A stretch of 57,136 bases of DNA, counting the filler, from Stramenopiles sp. TOSAG23-6 (Eukaryota): assembly GCA_900128565.1 (NCBI GenBank). It is 2 parts of 2 records of this genome, joined end to end, with 100 filler letters (N's around TTAATTAATTAA, not from the genome) between each part and the next. Parts side by side here need not be neighbours in the genome. Positions count along the whole stretch, not along the records: positions 1 to 28,682 come from LT635976.1; 1 more part is not named here. One strand, written 5' to 3'. The number at the start of each line of letters is the position of its first letter. The first letter of the stretch is position 1. Positions 13,421 through 22,646 of this stretch are shown in pieces. The position numbers and the translations under genes were made by a program. Below the pieces are notes generated by a model. The model saw only the letters and a list, made by a program, of their open reading frames with translations. It had not been told where the DNA came from and searched no databases.

Positions 13421-13644
13421 GTTTATTGCTACGTATTGTTCACTTTTCTTTAAAGGATTATAAATTTACTAGGTGGCAAGATCATAGGGCTACTGTTTGA
13501 TATTTCGGCAGTGTAAAGCAGACCATTACTTTAACACAAAATCTACAAAAATACACTAATAAAAAATTGTCTGTTTAGAGATTAAAATTAGTGTGTTTTA
13601 TTTACTTCTTTAATTTTCTTCCTAGTGTTGACATCATCATCGTT

Positions 13645-15897
13645 TTATTTACGTACTTTTTTATTCGTTTTTTTTTGGTTTTGCATTTCTTTCCATTCTG
13701 CTTCTTCTTTAGCCAAAACTTCCTCTCTTTCTTTATTGAACTCTTCATACCCTGTAGCGTGCTTCACCTTGAATGCGAAATGTATAGCCCCTTTTACATT
13801 TAAATCTTCGGGTTTTGAATGAATTTCAGGCCATGTCTCAAGATTGATCCACCTTTCATGTATTCCAAGTCCTAATTGAAAAATTACAGCCGTTGGTACT
13901 CTAACGACTCCCATAAAATCATTATCTGATCCTAAGTCGTAATCCCAACAAGTAACAATAATTTCCCGGGGATCTGATTCGATAGCATACTTTACTACGA
14001 ATGGTGGATCATTCCAACTTGGATTCAAAGAGCATCTAACTACACTAGATTGGTAAAAACGATCCGCCTTTTTACCACTGCCCCATGTAATTGTATAATA
14101 GGGATCAGACTTTTTATTGAGATCCTTGGGTGCAAGACCTTTACCAGCTTTTACCCAAATTGTTATTTCTCGTACCCTCGGAGCAACAGTAGGTGTACGC
14201 CAAAGTATTGCTTTCACTTCGTCAGTCTCTGCGATTTCATTAGCATTCATCGGTTCCCACTCCTCCAGTCGTATTGCTTCGTTTAGAGATTCATTTGCAT
14301 CGTCACGTTCATCTATTTTATTTTTATTTATTTTGTTCCCTTTGTTTGTTTCATTTGTATTTCGAGATTTATCTTTAATTCTACTTCTGACCTTTTCGTG
14401 TACTTGATTTTTTATCTTCACTTCCTCCTTCAAAGTGCAAGAATCTCCTAAGCATTGAACTTTCCAAAAAGCTCCGTTTTTAGACATCATCAGTAAGACT
14501 AAATGTTTCCCCTCAAAGATATCTGGGTAAGTGTGCTTGGTCAAAGGAAACCTGAAAAGTTCACTCCCACCACCTGCCGAAAGATTTTCGATACCTTTAG
14601 TACCCGGCACAGCTGGGTCATTTACCCATGCTGTCAACGAAATCTTTCTGAATTCCGTCAAATCAAGTTTTGACGACAAATTTAAAGTATATAATATAAA
14701 CGAACATTCCTTTGGGATTTTTCTTAGGCGGAAAAAGATTTCTTCATTCTGTTTCCAGTGGTATAATTTAGATGGCAAATAAACTACTGCACCTGTCTTT
14801 GACACCAGAGGATCCGTTATTATTTCAAGTAGCTTTCCAGCATCACTGTATAGACACACACTCGTAGTTATATGCTTTGAAAGAAATTTTCCCACTCTCT
14901 GACCGAACCGATAGAGTTGAAGAGTTCCTCTGGGAAGCGCCAAATATGAAGTAGGTGCAGCTCCTTTAGGCTTCCCATCATCAGCATCATCTTCACAATC
15001 ATCTACAGCACCTTGAAGACCAAGATTCCGGCGTCTGGTATCTTCAGCGCTCAAATTAGCATCGAATACATATTGTAAAGATATTGAAAACTTTGTTACT
15101 GAGCCATGAATCCCAAAAGTTCCTCCAGGTCGCATGTCGGTGCAAGGCTGCCAGGGTGCACGAGTCCCTAATGGCGCCTTTGGAAAAAACAACTTTTCCT
15201 CTCCAGGACAAACTTCACAGATATAACATTCTTCAGGCGGTTGCATTCGAGTAGAACTTATATTGATAGCCCGATATCGAGCATAATTACCACGAAATAA
15301 TGATTGTATTTTCACTGCTGCACTTCTTTCGGTCAGTTTCTCCTCCCGCCATAAGTTTAGTAAAATTGAGCGAAACTTTCTTCTAGCTATACGACCTCTA
15401 TAGAATCGAGCCAAGAAATTAGCAGATTCTTGAGAATCTGTTTTGAATTTGATACGTATTTCATGCATGAATCTTTCTGCTCTTCCTCGTGTGAGTGCTT
15501 GAATTTTAGCTGCTGCTCGAGCCTGTTCTGCACGTTCTTCTCTAAGATTTTCAATATCGGTATCGTCATCACTATTGGAGTGCTCAGAATAAAAACTAGC
15601 GTCATCTTCATCCGCTTGCCACCATGCAATAAATTCATCAAAACTAATTTTCCCATCTTCATTTAGATTTATTTCACGCATTGCGTCTTCTATATCGGGT
15701 TCCTGGAGTTCTTCTCCTAGAACTTTTGCTAAGTTAATAAATTCGTTTTCATTGATGAAGCCTGACTTTTCAATGTCAAGAATATCAAAGTGTTCTCTTA
15801 TCACATGCAGCTGCTTAGTGGTAAGTAACCAGTTGTTGTCTTTACACGCTACTAGTCTCTCGCGATGGTACAATGAGAGCGGATTGTCCTTTCCCAT
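13645..15897 (-). CDS. EF-hand pair + IQ motifs + TerD-like domain + C2 domain protein (750 aa)
   Basis: DIEKSGFINENE and NLNEDGKISFDE EF-hands; AAKIQALTRG and AAVKIQSLFRG IQ motifs; EEIFFRLRKIP...FILY and WKVQCLG TerD-like; GLAPKDLNKKSDPY...LNPSWN...WDYDLGSDNDFMG C2. Confidence 0.8.
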   Translation of the reverse strand: MGKDNPLSLYHRERLVACKDNNWLLTTKQLHVIREHFDILDIEKSGFINENEFINLAKVLGEELQEPDIEDAMREINLNEDGKISFDEFIAWWQADEDDASFYSEHSNSDDDTDIENLREERAEQARAAAKIQALTRGRAERFMHEIRIKFKTDSQESANFLARFYRGRIARRKFRSILLNLWREEKLTERSAAVKIQSLFRGNYARYRAINISSTRMQPPEECYICEVCPGEEKLFFPKAPLGTRAPWQPCTDMRPGGTFGIHGSVTKFSISLQYVFDANLSAEDTRRRNLGLQGAVDDCEDDADDGKPKGAAPTSYLALPRGTLQLYRFGQRVGKFLSKHITTSVCLYSDAGKLLEIITDPLVSKTGAVVYLPSKLYHWKQNEEIFFRLRKIPKECSFILYTLNLSSKLDLTEFRKISLTAWVNDPAVPGTKGIENLSAGGGSELFRFPLTKHTYPDIFEGKHLVLLMMSKNGAFWKVQCLGDSCTLKEEVKIKNQVHEKVRSRIKDKSRNTNETNKGNKINKNKIDERDDANESLNEAIRLEEWEPMNANEIAETDEVKAILWRTPTVAPRVREITIWVKAGKGLAPKDLNKKSDPYYTITWGSGKKADRFYQSSVVRCSLNPSWNDPPFVVKYAIESDPREIIVTCWDYDLGSDNDFMGVVRVPTAVIFQLGLGIHERWINLETWPEIHSKPEDLNVKGAIHFAFKVKHATGYEEFNKEREEVLAKEEAEWKEMQNQKKTNKKVRK

Positions 15898-16238
15898 TAT
15901 TTTAGACTATCATATCAATGTATACCAATATAGGCCTACGTACTTCCTAACTAAGGCTATATAATAAGTCCAAATTAACGGAAGGAAAAGTTCAACGGAT
16001 TATTCTGCTACCTGCAAATTTTCTGCCTGCAGTGGCAGTCAGTCGCAGTCGCAGTCCAGTCTTCGATTTTTCGAATTTTATTTCGGCTTTATTTCGCCCG
16101 CATTGGCAATCGACGAACCCCTCTCTCGAGCTAAAAAGAGGAGGACATTTTTGTTCAACTTATTATTGCTCTCGCTCATTGCATATAATATTGACATTAT
16201 AAAGAAATAGTGGCACTTTCATAGATTGATAGTTTGAA

Positions 16239-17954
16239 ATGAAGCGCGGCCGTTCCAATAGTCCCAAGAAACCACCACCTAAGCGTCATAACTTGTTGGC
16301 GATAAAAAAGACAGTTAATGCTATTCCTCCTGAAACTCGTAAAGCAGTCGTACCTGAGCCTTCAACACCTCGTATAAGGTGCCCATATTTGGACACTATA
16401 AATCGAAATGTCTGTGACTTTGATGTTGCAAAAGAATGCTCTATTAGCCTTCGCAAACAACACGTTTATATGTGCCTTGTTTGTGGTACTATTTTTNATG
16501 GCCGTGGAAAAAACACTTTTGCGTACACCCACTCTGTACAAGCTGGCCACCACGTGTTTTTGAACCTACACTCTGAAAAGTTTTACTGCCTACCAGATTT
16601 ATACGAGATAGTTGACTCTTCTTTAGATGACATTCGTCTCGCACTGAACCCTGTGTTTACTTCGAATGATATGAATAATTTAGACACTAAAACGAGTTTA
16701 TCAAAAGATGTCTTTGGAGTCTCATACCTTCCTGGATATATTGGACTGAATAATTTAAGTTCAACAGATTACATCAATGTAGTTTTACATGCCCTTGCAC
16801 ATGTCAAACCACTTCGAAATTTTTTTTTGGATGCTACAAATTATCAAGGTTGTACTGATCCTCTAGTAGTAATGTATGGTGAGTTAATGAGGAAAATATG
16901 GAGTTCATTTTCTTTCAAAAATATTGTTGCTCCTCATGACTTTGTCAATGCAGTTGTTAAACAAAGTAAAAAGCGTTTTCAAGTCGGTACCCAAGGTGCT
17001 AGTGCTGAATTTCTCATTTGGTTACTGACTTCACTTCATAGGGGACTGGGAAAAGGAACGGGTAAGAATGGCAAAGATCTAAGTCGTAGAAAACGTGAAA
17101 GTTCAATAATCACTCAAACCTTTCAAGGTATTGTTGAAGTAAGAACAGAGCCTCTTCTCGTAAAGGAAACCATTGAAAATAGCAAATCCAATGGGCATGC
17201 TGAAGAAATATCTAATATTTCAGTTCAAAAGTCACCTTTCTTAGTTCTTTCGGTCGATTTACCAGCAATGCCGTTGTTCAAAGACAGTGAAGGAAGTAAT
17301 GTTATACCCCACGTGCAACTAATGCAAGTACTTCAAAAATTTAGTGGTCAAAAGCACACAGATTTTGTGTTGAAAAAAATACGAAGACGCTACGAACTCT
17401 TAGAACTTCCTCCCTATTTGATTGTTTGTTTGAAGCGATTTACAAAAAATAACTTTTTTACTGAAAAAAATTCGACTATCGTGAATTTCCCAGTTATTAA
17501 TTTAGACATGAAAACTTTCGTTAAAGATAGTGAAAATGATTTACAATCTAAAATTTCGGATGTTTTGTTGCCTAGTGTTGATGTGATTCGAAATATGTCC
17601 GTAGCCAATCTGAAGGGGCTTCTTGATAGTTTACAAGTGATCCATAAGGACATTGTAGAAAAAAGAGAATTAATCCTCCGCTGCGAGGAATCTGTCTCAG
17701 AAGAGAGAAAATTAAGAACACTTCGATCAAAATATGACTTGACAGCAAATATTGTGCATGACAGCCCACCGGCGGAAGATAGTAAAATTCAAGGTAAGGG
17801 TGACGCCATTGGTGACGGGAATTATCGAGTTCATATATTCCACGAAGCGACATCTCAATGGTATGAAATTGAAGATTTGCGTGTCAAAGAAATACTTCCT
17901 CAATTGATGAGTATTTCTGAGTCGTATATTTTAATGTATAAGCGTAAAGCATAA
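16239..17954 (+). CDS. USP39: U4/U6.U5 tri-snRNP-associated protein 2 (Sad1/USP39), inactive USP
   Basis: CPYLDTINR..DFD..KECS.SL...VYMCLVCG ZnF-UBP; YLPGYIGLNN...DYIN (catalytic Cys replaced by Asp); KRFTKNNFFTEKN.TIVNFP; WYEIEDL.V...LPQ. Confidence 0.93.
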   Translation: MKRGRSNSPKKPPPKRHNLLAIKKTVNAIPPETRKAVVPEPSTPRIRCPYLDTINRNVCDFDVAKECSISLRKQHVYMCLVCGTIFXGRGKNTFAYTHSVQAGHHVFLNLHSEKFYCLPDLYEIVDSSLDDIRLALNPVFTSNDMNNLDTKTSLSKDVFGVSYLPGYIGLNNLSSTDYINVVLHALAHVKPLRNFFLDATNYQGCTDPLVVMYGELMRKIWSSFSFKNIVAPHDFVNAVVKQSKKRFQVGTQGASAEFLIWLLTSLHRGLGKGTGKNGKDLSRRKRESSIITQTFQGIVEVRTEPLLVKETIENSKSNGHAEEISNISVQKSPFLVLSVDLPAMPLFKDSEGSNVIPHVQLMQVLQKFSGQKHTDFVLKKIRRRYELLELPPYLIVCLKRFTKNNFFTEKNSTIVNFPVINLDMKTFVKDSENDLQSKISDVLLPSVDVIRNMSVANLKGLLDSLQVIHKDIVEKRELILRCEESVSEERKLRTLRSKYDLTANIVHDSPPAEDSKIQGKGDAIGDGNYRVHIFHEATSQWYEIEDLRVKEILPQLMSISESYILMYKRKA

Positions 17955-18119
17955 TTTTCCCTCTTAATCCCTCTTAATTTACTGTTTTGTCGTGTTTATT
18001 TTGGAATAATAAAAAAGAAAAAAAATTACAAAAAGAGTTATTGAAAATCCATTCATTTATTTCTATAAAATATTTAATATTTGTCATATTATCATGAAAT
18101 TATTCTGAGTTATGTTGCT

Positions 18120-18674
18120 TTAACGTTTTCGTTTTGTAAGTACTGCGCGGAATAGTGTATCAAATGCTTTTTCAATATTTTTTCCAGATTGAGCTGAAGT
18201 TTCAAAATAAGGAAACCCCCTAGTCTCTGCCCAGCTTCGCCCGATGGATTCAGTTACCTGGCGTTGACTAACACTCTTGTCCGTTTTATTTGCACATACC
18301 ACACACCGAAGCATAGAAGCACCGTATTTACGTGCTTCTTTCATCCATGTATCCAATGACTCAAACGACTTTTTGTCATTGACGTCATAGACCAAAATCG
18401 CTCCTTGAGTATCTTTATAAAACTCATTTCTGACTTCGAAAAACTCTGGGTGCCCGGATAGATCCCAAAAGTTTACTTTAACTGTAGATCCATCAATATG
18501 TACCGGTTTGACCCCAAAGTCTACACCTATTGTACATATGTATCTTTTAGTGAATTTTTCTTCACAGTATCGTTTGATCACGCAACTCTTGCCAACGGCA
18601 CCGTTTCCCATCGAAATAATTTTAATTCGCACAACTTTCGGAGGTCGTGACCCTGCGCCCTTCTTTTGACTCAT
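18120..18674 (-). CDS. RJL: RJL-family Ras-like small GTPase (no J domain, no CAAX)
   Basis: KIISMGNGAVGKSCVIKRYCE, TIGVDFG, WDLSGHPEFFEVRNEFYKDTQG (His in place of catalytic Gln, typical of RJL/RBJ), NKTD, ETSA. Confidence 0.88.
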   Translation of the reverse strand: MSQKKGAGSRPPKVVRIKIISMGNGAVGKSCVIKRYCEEKFTKRYICTIGVDFGVKPVHIDGSTVKVNFWDLSGHPEFFEVRNEFYKDTQGAILVYDVNDKKSFESLDTWMKEARKYGASMLRCVVCANKTDKSVSQRQVTESIGRSWAETRGFPYFETSAQSGKNIEKAFDTLFRAVLTKRKR

Positions 18675-18898
18675 ATTTCAATACTCGATGCAATGCATTT
18701 AATCATATTTTGATTGAAAGCCAAAAGTGCCATTGCGTTTCTACGATTATTACACTTGCGAAAGCTTTTCTGTTTAAAATTTATTTTTTTGAGCCCAAAA
18801 GTTTATCTGAAAGGCTGTGTAACGTTCGTAACGTTATACGTTTAATCTAATTTAACGTACACATTTTTATTTTTTTTATTTATTTTGCAAACGAAAAA

Positions 18899-21757
18899 TT
18901 AAACCATAATAAAGATAAAAAGAAAAATTAATTGTCTGATCGGACCTCTGACTTCATATGTACATAATAAAGATTCCCAAATAATGCCAAATAAAGCGAC
19001 AACCCAGAAACAAGCTAAGCTTCCGTTCATAGCATTTAATTTATGAGTGCATATCATGTTTTGTAAAACATATTTTTTTTTGGTTTAAAAAAAATCGTTA
19101 GGTACAAAATTTGGTATGAAAAAAAAATAAATTTGAAATGAATGATGAAAACATACATAAAACACTGAACTAAACCTGATATAGTCAATACTGTTCGTAT
19201 AAAAATTAAGTACGAACTTCTGTATTTCTTACGAGCTAATATTGCGCGTCTTGTCGCAAGAGCCCATTGAAACGTAAACATCAATGGAAGTATTAATAAA
19301 TACATTCTAAAAAATAATGTAACGACAGAAGCCCAAGAACCAAACAAATATTGTGAAAAATATTTTTTTTTAGTAAAAAAAAATGTTAGGTACAAAATTT
19401 TCTATGAAAAAAAAAAAGTACATTCGAAATTAATGATGGTAACGTACAACATTCTGAAGGGACCACCAGCACAATCGCCAACACCATTTCCTGCGCGAAG
19501 AGCTACATGTTCAAGAGTGCTAAATTGAACGCGCGAACTTGAACTCATCATATCCGAATATTCCTTAGGTATAAAGTTTTGTATGAGAGAATTTATGTAG
19601 CTAGTCACTTGAGAAAATCCGCCAAATATTTCCCCAAAACTACCTGGTAATAACTCATGTAAAATAATACGCATCGAAATACCTGAAGAAAAAGTACCAA
19701 TGAAGCCAATTTCATTGCCCAAGCCTCCTACCGAACAAAATGTAGCTCCCAGGAGTGCCAAATTAGCTAATTGTATGTATTGTAAAAAATATTTTACATT
19801 CAATTTCGTTGTTACGTACAAATTTTCATAGTAAAAAAAAAAAGATCAATTTTAAATTCAATTATGAAAAAGTACATCGAATCCTTAAACCCCCAATGCC
19901 ATTCTAATCGGAGGACATCATTAATACCAGCATTTTCTGCATGTATTTTGGAAAAATATTTGAAAAAAAAAATCGTTAGGTACAAAAGTTCGTACGAAAA
20001 AAAAATCGATTTTTTTGTTAAAAAAAAAAATAAAACAAACATGGCTATGGATCTCCTGACTTTGTATGCCTAGTACAGTGTGCGCAAGGCCACATAATAA
20101 AATAAGAAAATGTACAGTATCCGGAAATGCAAATTTTGCCACCCAATTTCGTAACACGTGGCCAATAAAAACAGATGAAAGAAAACCATGTATTTTGAAA
20201 AAATATTTCAAAAAAAAAAAAAAAATTGTTAGGTACAAAATTTCGTACGAAAAATAAATTCGATTTTTTTTGTGAAAAAAAAAAATAAAACATACATTCA
20301 CTGTGAAGCCAGTAAAAATGAGCATCAACAGTGGAATGATAGGCTTTGAAAGAGTCAAAAGTAAATCAAACTGACAATGCATAGATGCACAATATCGACC
20401 TTTTGTACCTTTCCGAACATCAGTCCTGTGTTTGTAAAAGAATATGTCAAATTCGAAATTTCTTACGTATGAAATTTTCTATAAAAAAAATAAATTTGAA
20501 ATTCATGAAAAAAACATACATGGAAGGTCTTCGTCCAATGACAGAGAATAAGGCACTCGTACCACTAATTGCAAATACGTCTAGCATTTCACGTTCTTCC
20601 TGAATGATAATTTGTGATTCAACATTAGCCTTAAATTGAGCTTCCATAACGTTCGTGAGGGCATCTAACCGTTTCACCTCCCGTTGATTGACTGTATCAC
20701 TAGCTTTTTTCACTGCATTTTTTCTTCGAATCCCACCGGCCATTTTTTCAACATGTTGATTTAATTCCCTCAGCCTTTTCTGATATTTTAAAGTTAGAGC
20801 ATTTGATTTACTATCATCATTGTGTGTCATCATTAAACTACCGAAAATATCCCGAGAACCAATTGAAGACATGTAACGCTGTTGCTGCACAAATACAATG
20901 AAACGGACAAATGGAGAAATAAAAAGCTGAAATATTGTGGGAAGAGGTCCGACCAAGATCTGTTGTACAGCTGAAAATATCTTTTTCAAAAATGATTCGT
21001 GTTCTCTTCCACCACGAAATATACCGCGGCACAAATTAAATAAATGCCACAGCAAGAGTAAAAGACCAATTGTTGGCATTAAGCCGTTTTCTAATGTCAC
21101 AATCCCGTAGGTAAAATCTTTCAAAAAATAAGCAACTTCTGAAAAAAAATACGTAGAACTTTCCATTGTTGAGAATGTTGCTGAGAATGACGAAAAATAA
21201 TCAAGGACTTCAGCTTCCAACCCAAAGAGATGTGCTACACTATAGCAAGATGCAGTCTTTTTTGGTCTACTGTGACGCAGCATCCCTAGGGCTTCCTCGC
21301 GAGCGGCGCTTATTTGAGTGAAGAATGCTTCACCCATGGATTGATGATCTTTACCTAAACGAACAAGGCGATCTGGGTGGGTGCAAAAGGATACATCACG
21401 GTATGCTTTCGCAACATCTCCGCGAGAAAATGGTGACTGTACACCCAATAGAGCACAAGGTGAGCTATATATAATGTAAACTTTGACTAATACATATAAA
21501 CCCATCAAAAATACTAACCACCAAGGCGCTATGATGGAATTGTATTTCCTCGTTCCAACTATAACAGGTAATTCATCCATTTTCTTGAAATCCTCAGGCA
21601 CTTTGGGACTTTCAGTTTGCTTAGTAGTTGCTGTTGTTGCTTTTGGTGGTGATGCCTCAGAAGCTTTGCTTGATTCATCAGAAGTCGAAGCCTTTTGCTC
21701 TTTATCTACAGCTTTTAAAGCAGCTCTTTTGCGAGCTTTTGCGCGACTACCTCCCAT
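18899..21757 (-). CDS. J-domain (HPD) multi-pass membrane protein (~750 aa); join(20520..21757,20296..20425,20041..20187,19876..19940,19448..19774,19157..19345,18899..19055)
   Basis: LLGV...DVAKAYRDVSFCTHPDRL J-domain. Six family introns give a continuous 2253-nt frame with many hydrophobic helices, ending ATG GTT TAA. Confidence 0.7.
19056..19156 (-). other. Intron (101 nt), family member, GT-AT
   Basis: TTT AT|gtatgt...acaaaacat|G ATA. An in-frame AG exists only 36 nt downstream. Confidence 0.65.
19346..19447 (-). other. Intron (102 nt), family member, probable GT-TT
   Basis: ATG TT|gtacgt...tttttcacaatattt|G TTT. An in-frame AG alternative lies 39 nt downstream. Confidence 0.5.
19775..19875 (-). 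other. Intron (101 nt), family member, GT-AT
   Basis: TCG AT|gtactt...tacaatacat|A CAA. Next AGs (+8, +29) are out of frame. Confidence 0.75.
19941..20040 (-). other. Intron (100 nt), family member, GT-AT
   Basis: AGC CAT|gtttgt...ccaaaatacat|GCA GAA. Next AGs (+4, +37) are out of frame. Confidence 0.75.
20188..20295 (-). other. Intron (108 nt), family member, GT-AT
   Basis: GTG AAT|gtatgt...tcaaaatacat|GGT. No AG inside the intron or for ~118 nt downstream. Confidence 0.75.
20426..20519 (-). other. Intron (94 nt), diverged family member, GT-AG
   Basis: TCC AT|gtatgt...acaaacacag|G ACT. Confidence 0.8.
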
Positions 21758-21968
21758 TGAGTATTCTATGTTACTATGATAATCTTAGACGAATGGAATG
21801 CCCAAATCGCGTAATAAAAATTTTGCGACACTACTCGTGACCAAGGTCGATGTCGATGAACCGTGGTTCTGCGGAATGAATTATTTTTTTTTTTCGTTTG
21901 TTTGTTTGTTGTTTCGAAACGACCGTTAATTTCCGTTATTATAGCGTAGTAAAACTACGTAGAAAACC

Positions 21969-22470
21969 CATGGTTTCCGGGTTTTTACGTTTTACGCATA
22001 AATGCATTTACACGAAAAACTTAAAAGTGCCTTTTATCATAAATGACTTTATGGCCATTTCAAAAACACCCTTTTACCATAAATTAATTTATGCATAAAT
22101 GCATTTATCATAATGACTTTATGGCCATTTCAAAAACACCTTTTTACCATAAATTTATTTATGCATAAATGCATTACGGAATAAAGTGATATTTATGGTA
22201 TATTTATGTCTATGTAAAGCGTATTTATTGTGGTTTTATGCCTTGAAAAACACTAATTTTACCATAAATGGATTTATGATAATGCATTTATCATAATGAC
22301 TTTATGGCCATTTCAAAAACACCTTTTTACCATAAATTTATTTATGCATAAATGCATTTATCATAATGACTTTATGGCCATTTCCAAATCCATAAATTGC
22401 GGATTATTTACCAAGATAAAAAATAAAAACCTCGAATAAAGTTTTTATGGATAAAAACCCGGAAACCATG
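21969..22470. mobile_element. Non-autonomous DNA transposon (MITE), 502 bp, P- or hAT-superfamily-like
   Basis: Perfect 19-bp TIRs CATGGTTTCCGGGTTTTTA (21969..21987 and 22452..22470). 8-bp TSD AGAAAACC (21961..21968 and 22471..22478). Internal ~71-bp tandem subrepeats. No transposase. Confidence 0.92.
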
Positions 22471-22646
22471 AGAAAACCTATTTAATAGTAATAGTATTTA
22501 TTTAATTTAAGGCTACACGAATCACCCGAGTTTGAACTTTGAAGCTTGTAATGAAGTGTATCGTTATTTTATGTACATGAAATCCGTCGAATCATGAACA
22601 GATGAGTATTAATCAATAGTATATCTTTACCTTTTTTGTATAAAAA

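Noticed and set aside
18120-21757. RJL GTPase next to a J-domain gene as a split RBJ/DNAJC27
   Set aside because: The J-domain belongs to a multi-pass membrane protein upstream with its own stop, and the order is opposite to RBJ. Likely coincidence.
22030-22390. CRISPR-like array in the ~71-bp repeats
   Set aside because: Tandem units without unique spacers, inside a MITE, in a eukaryotic context with no cas genes.
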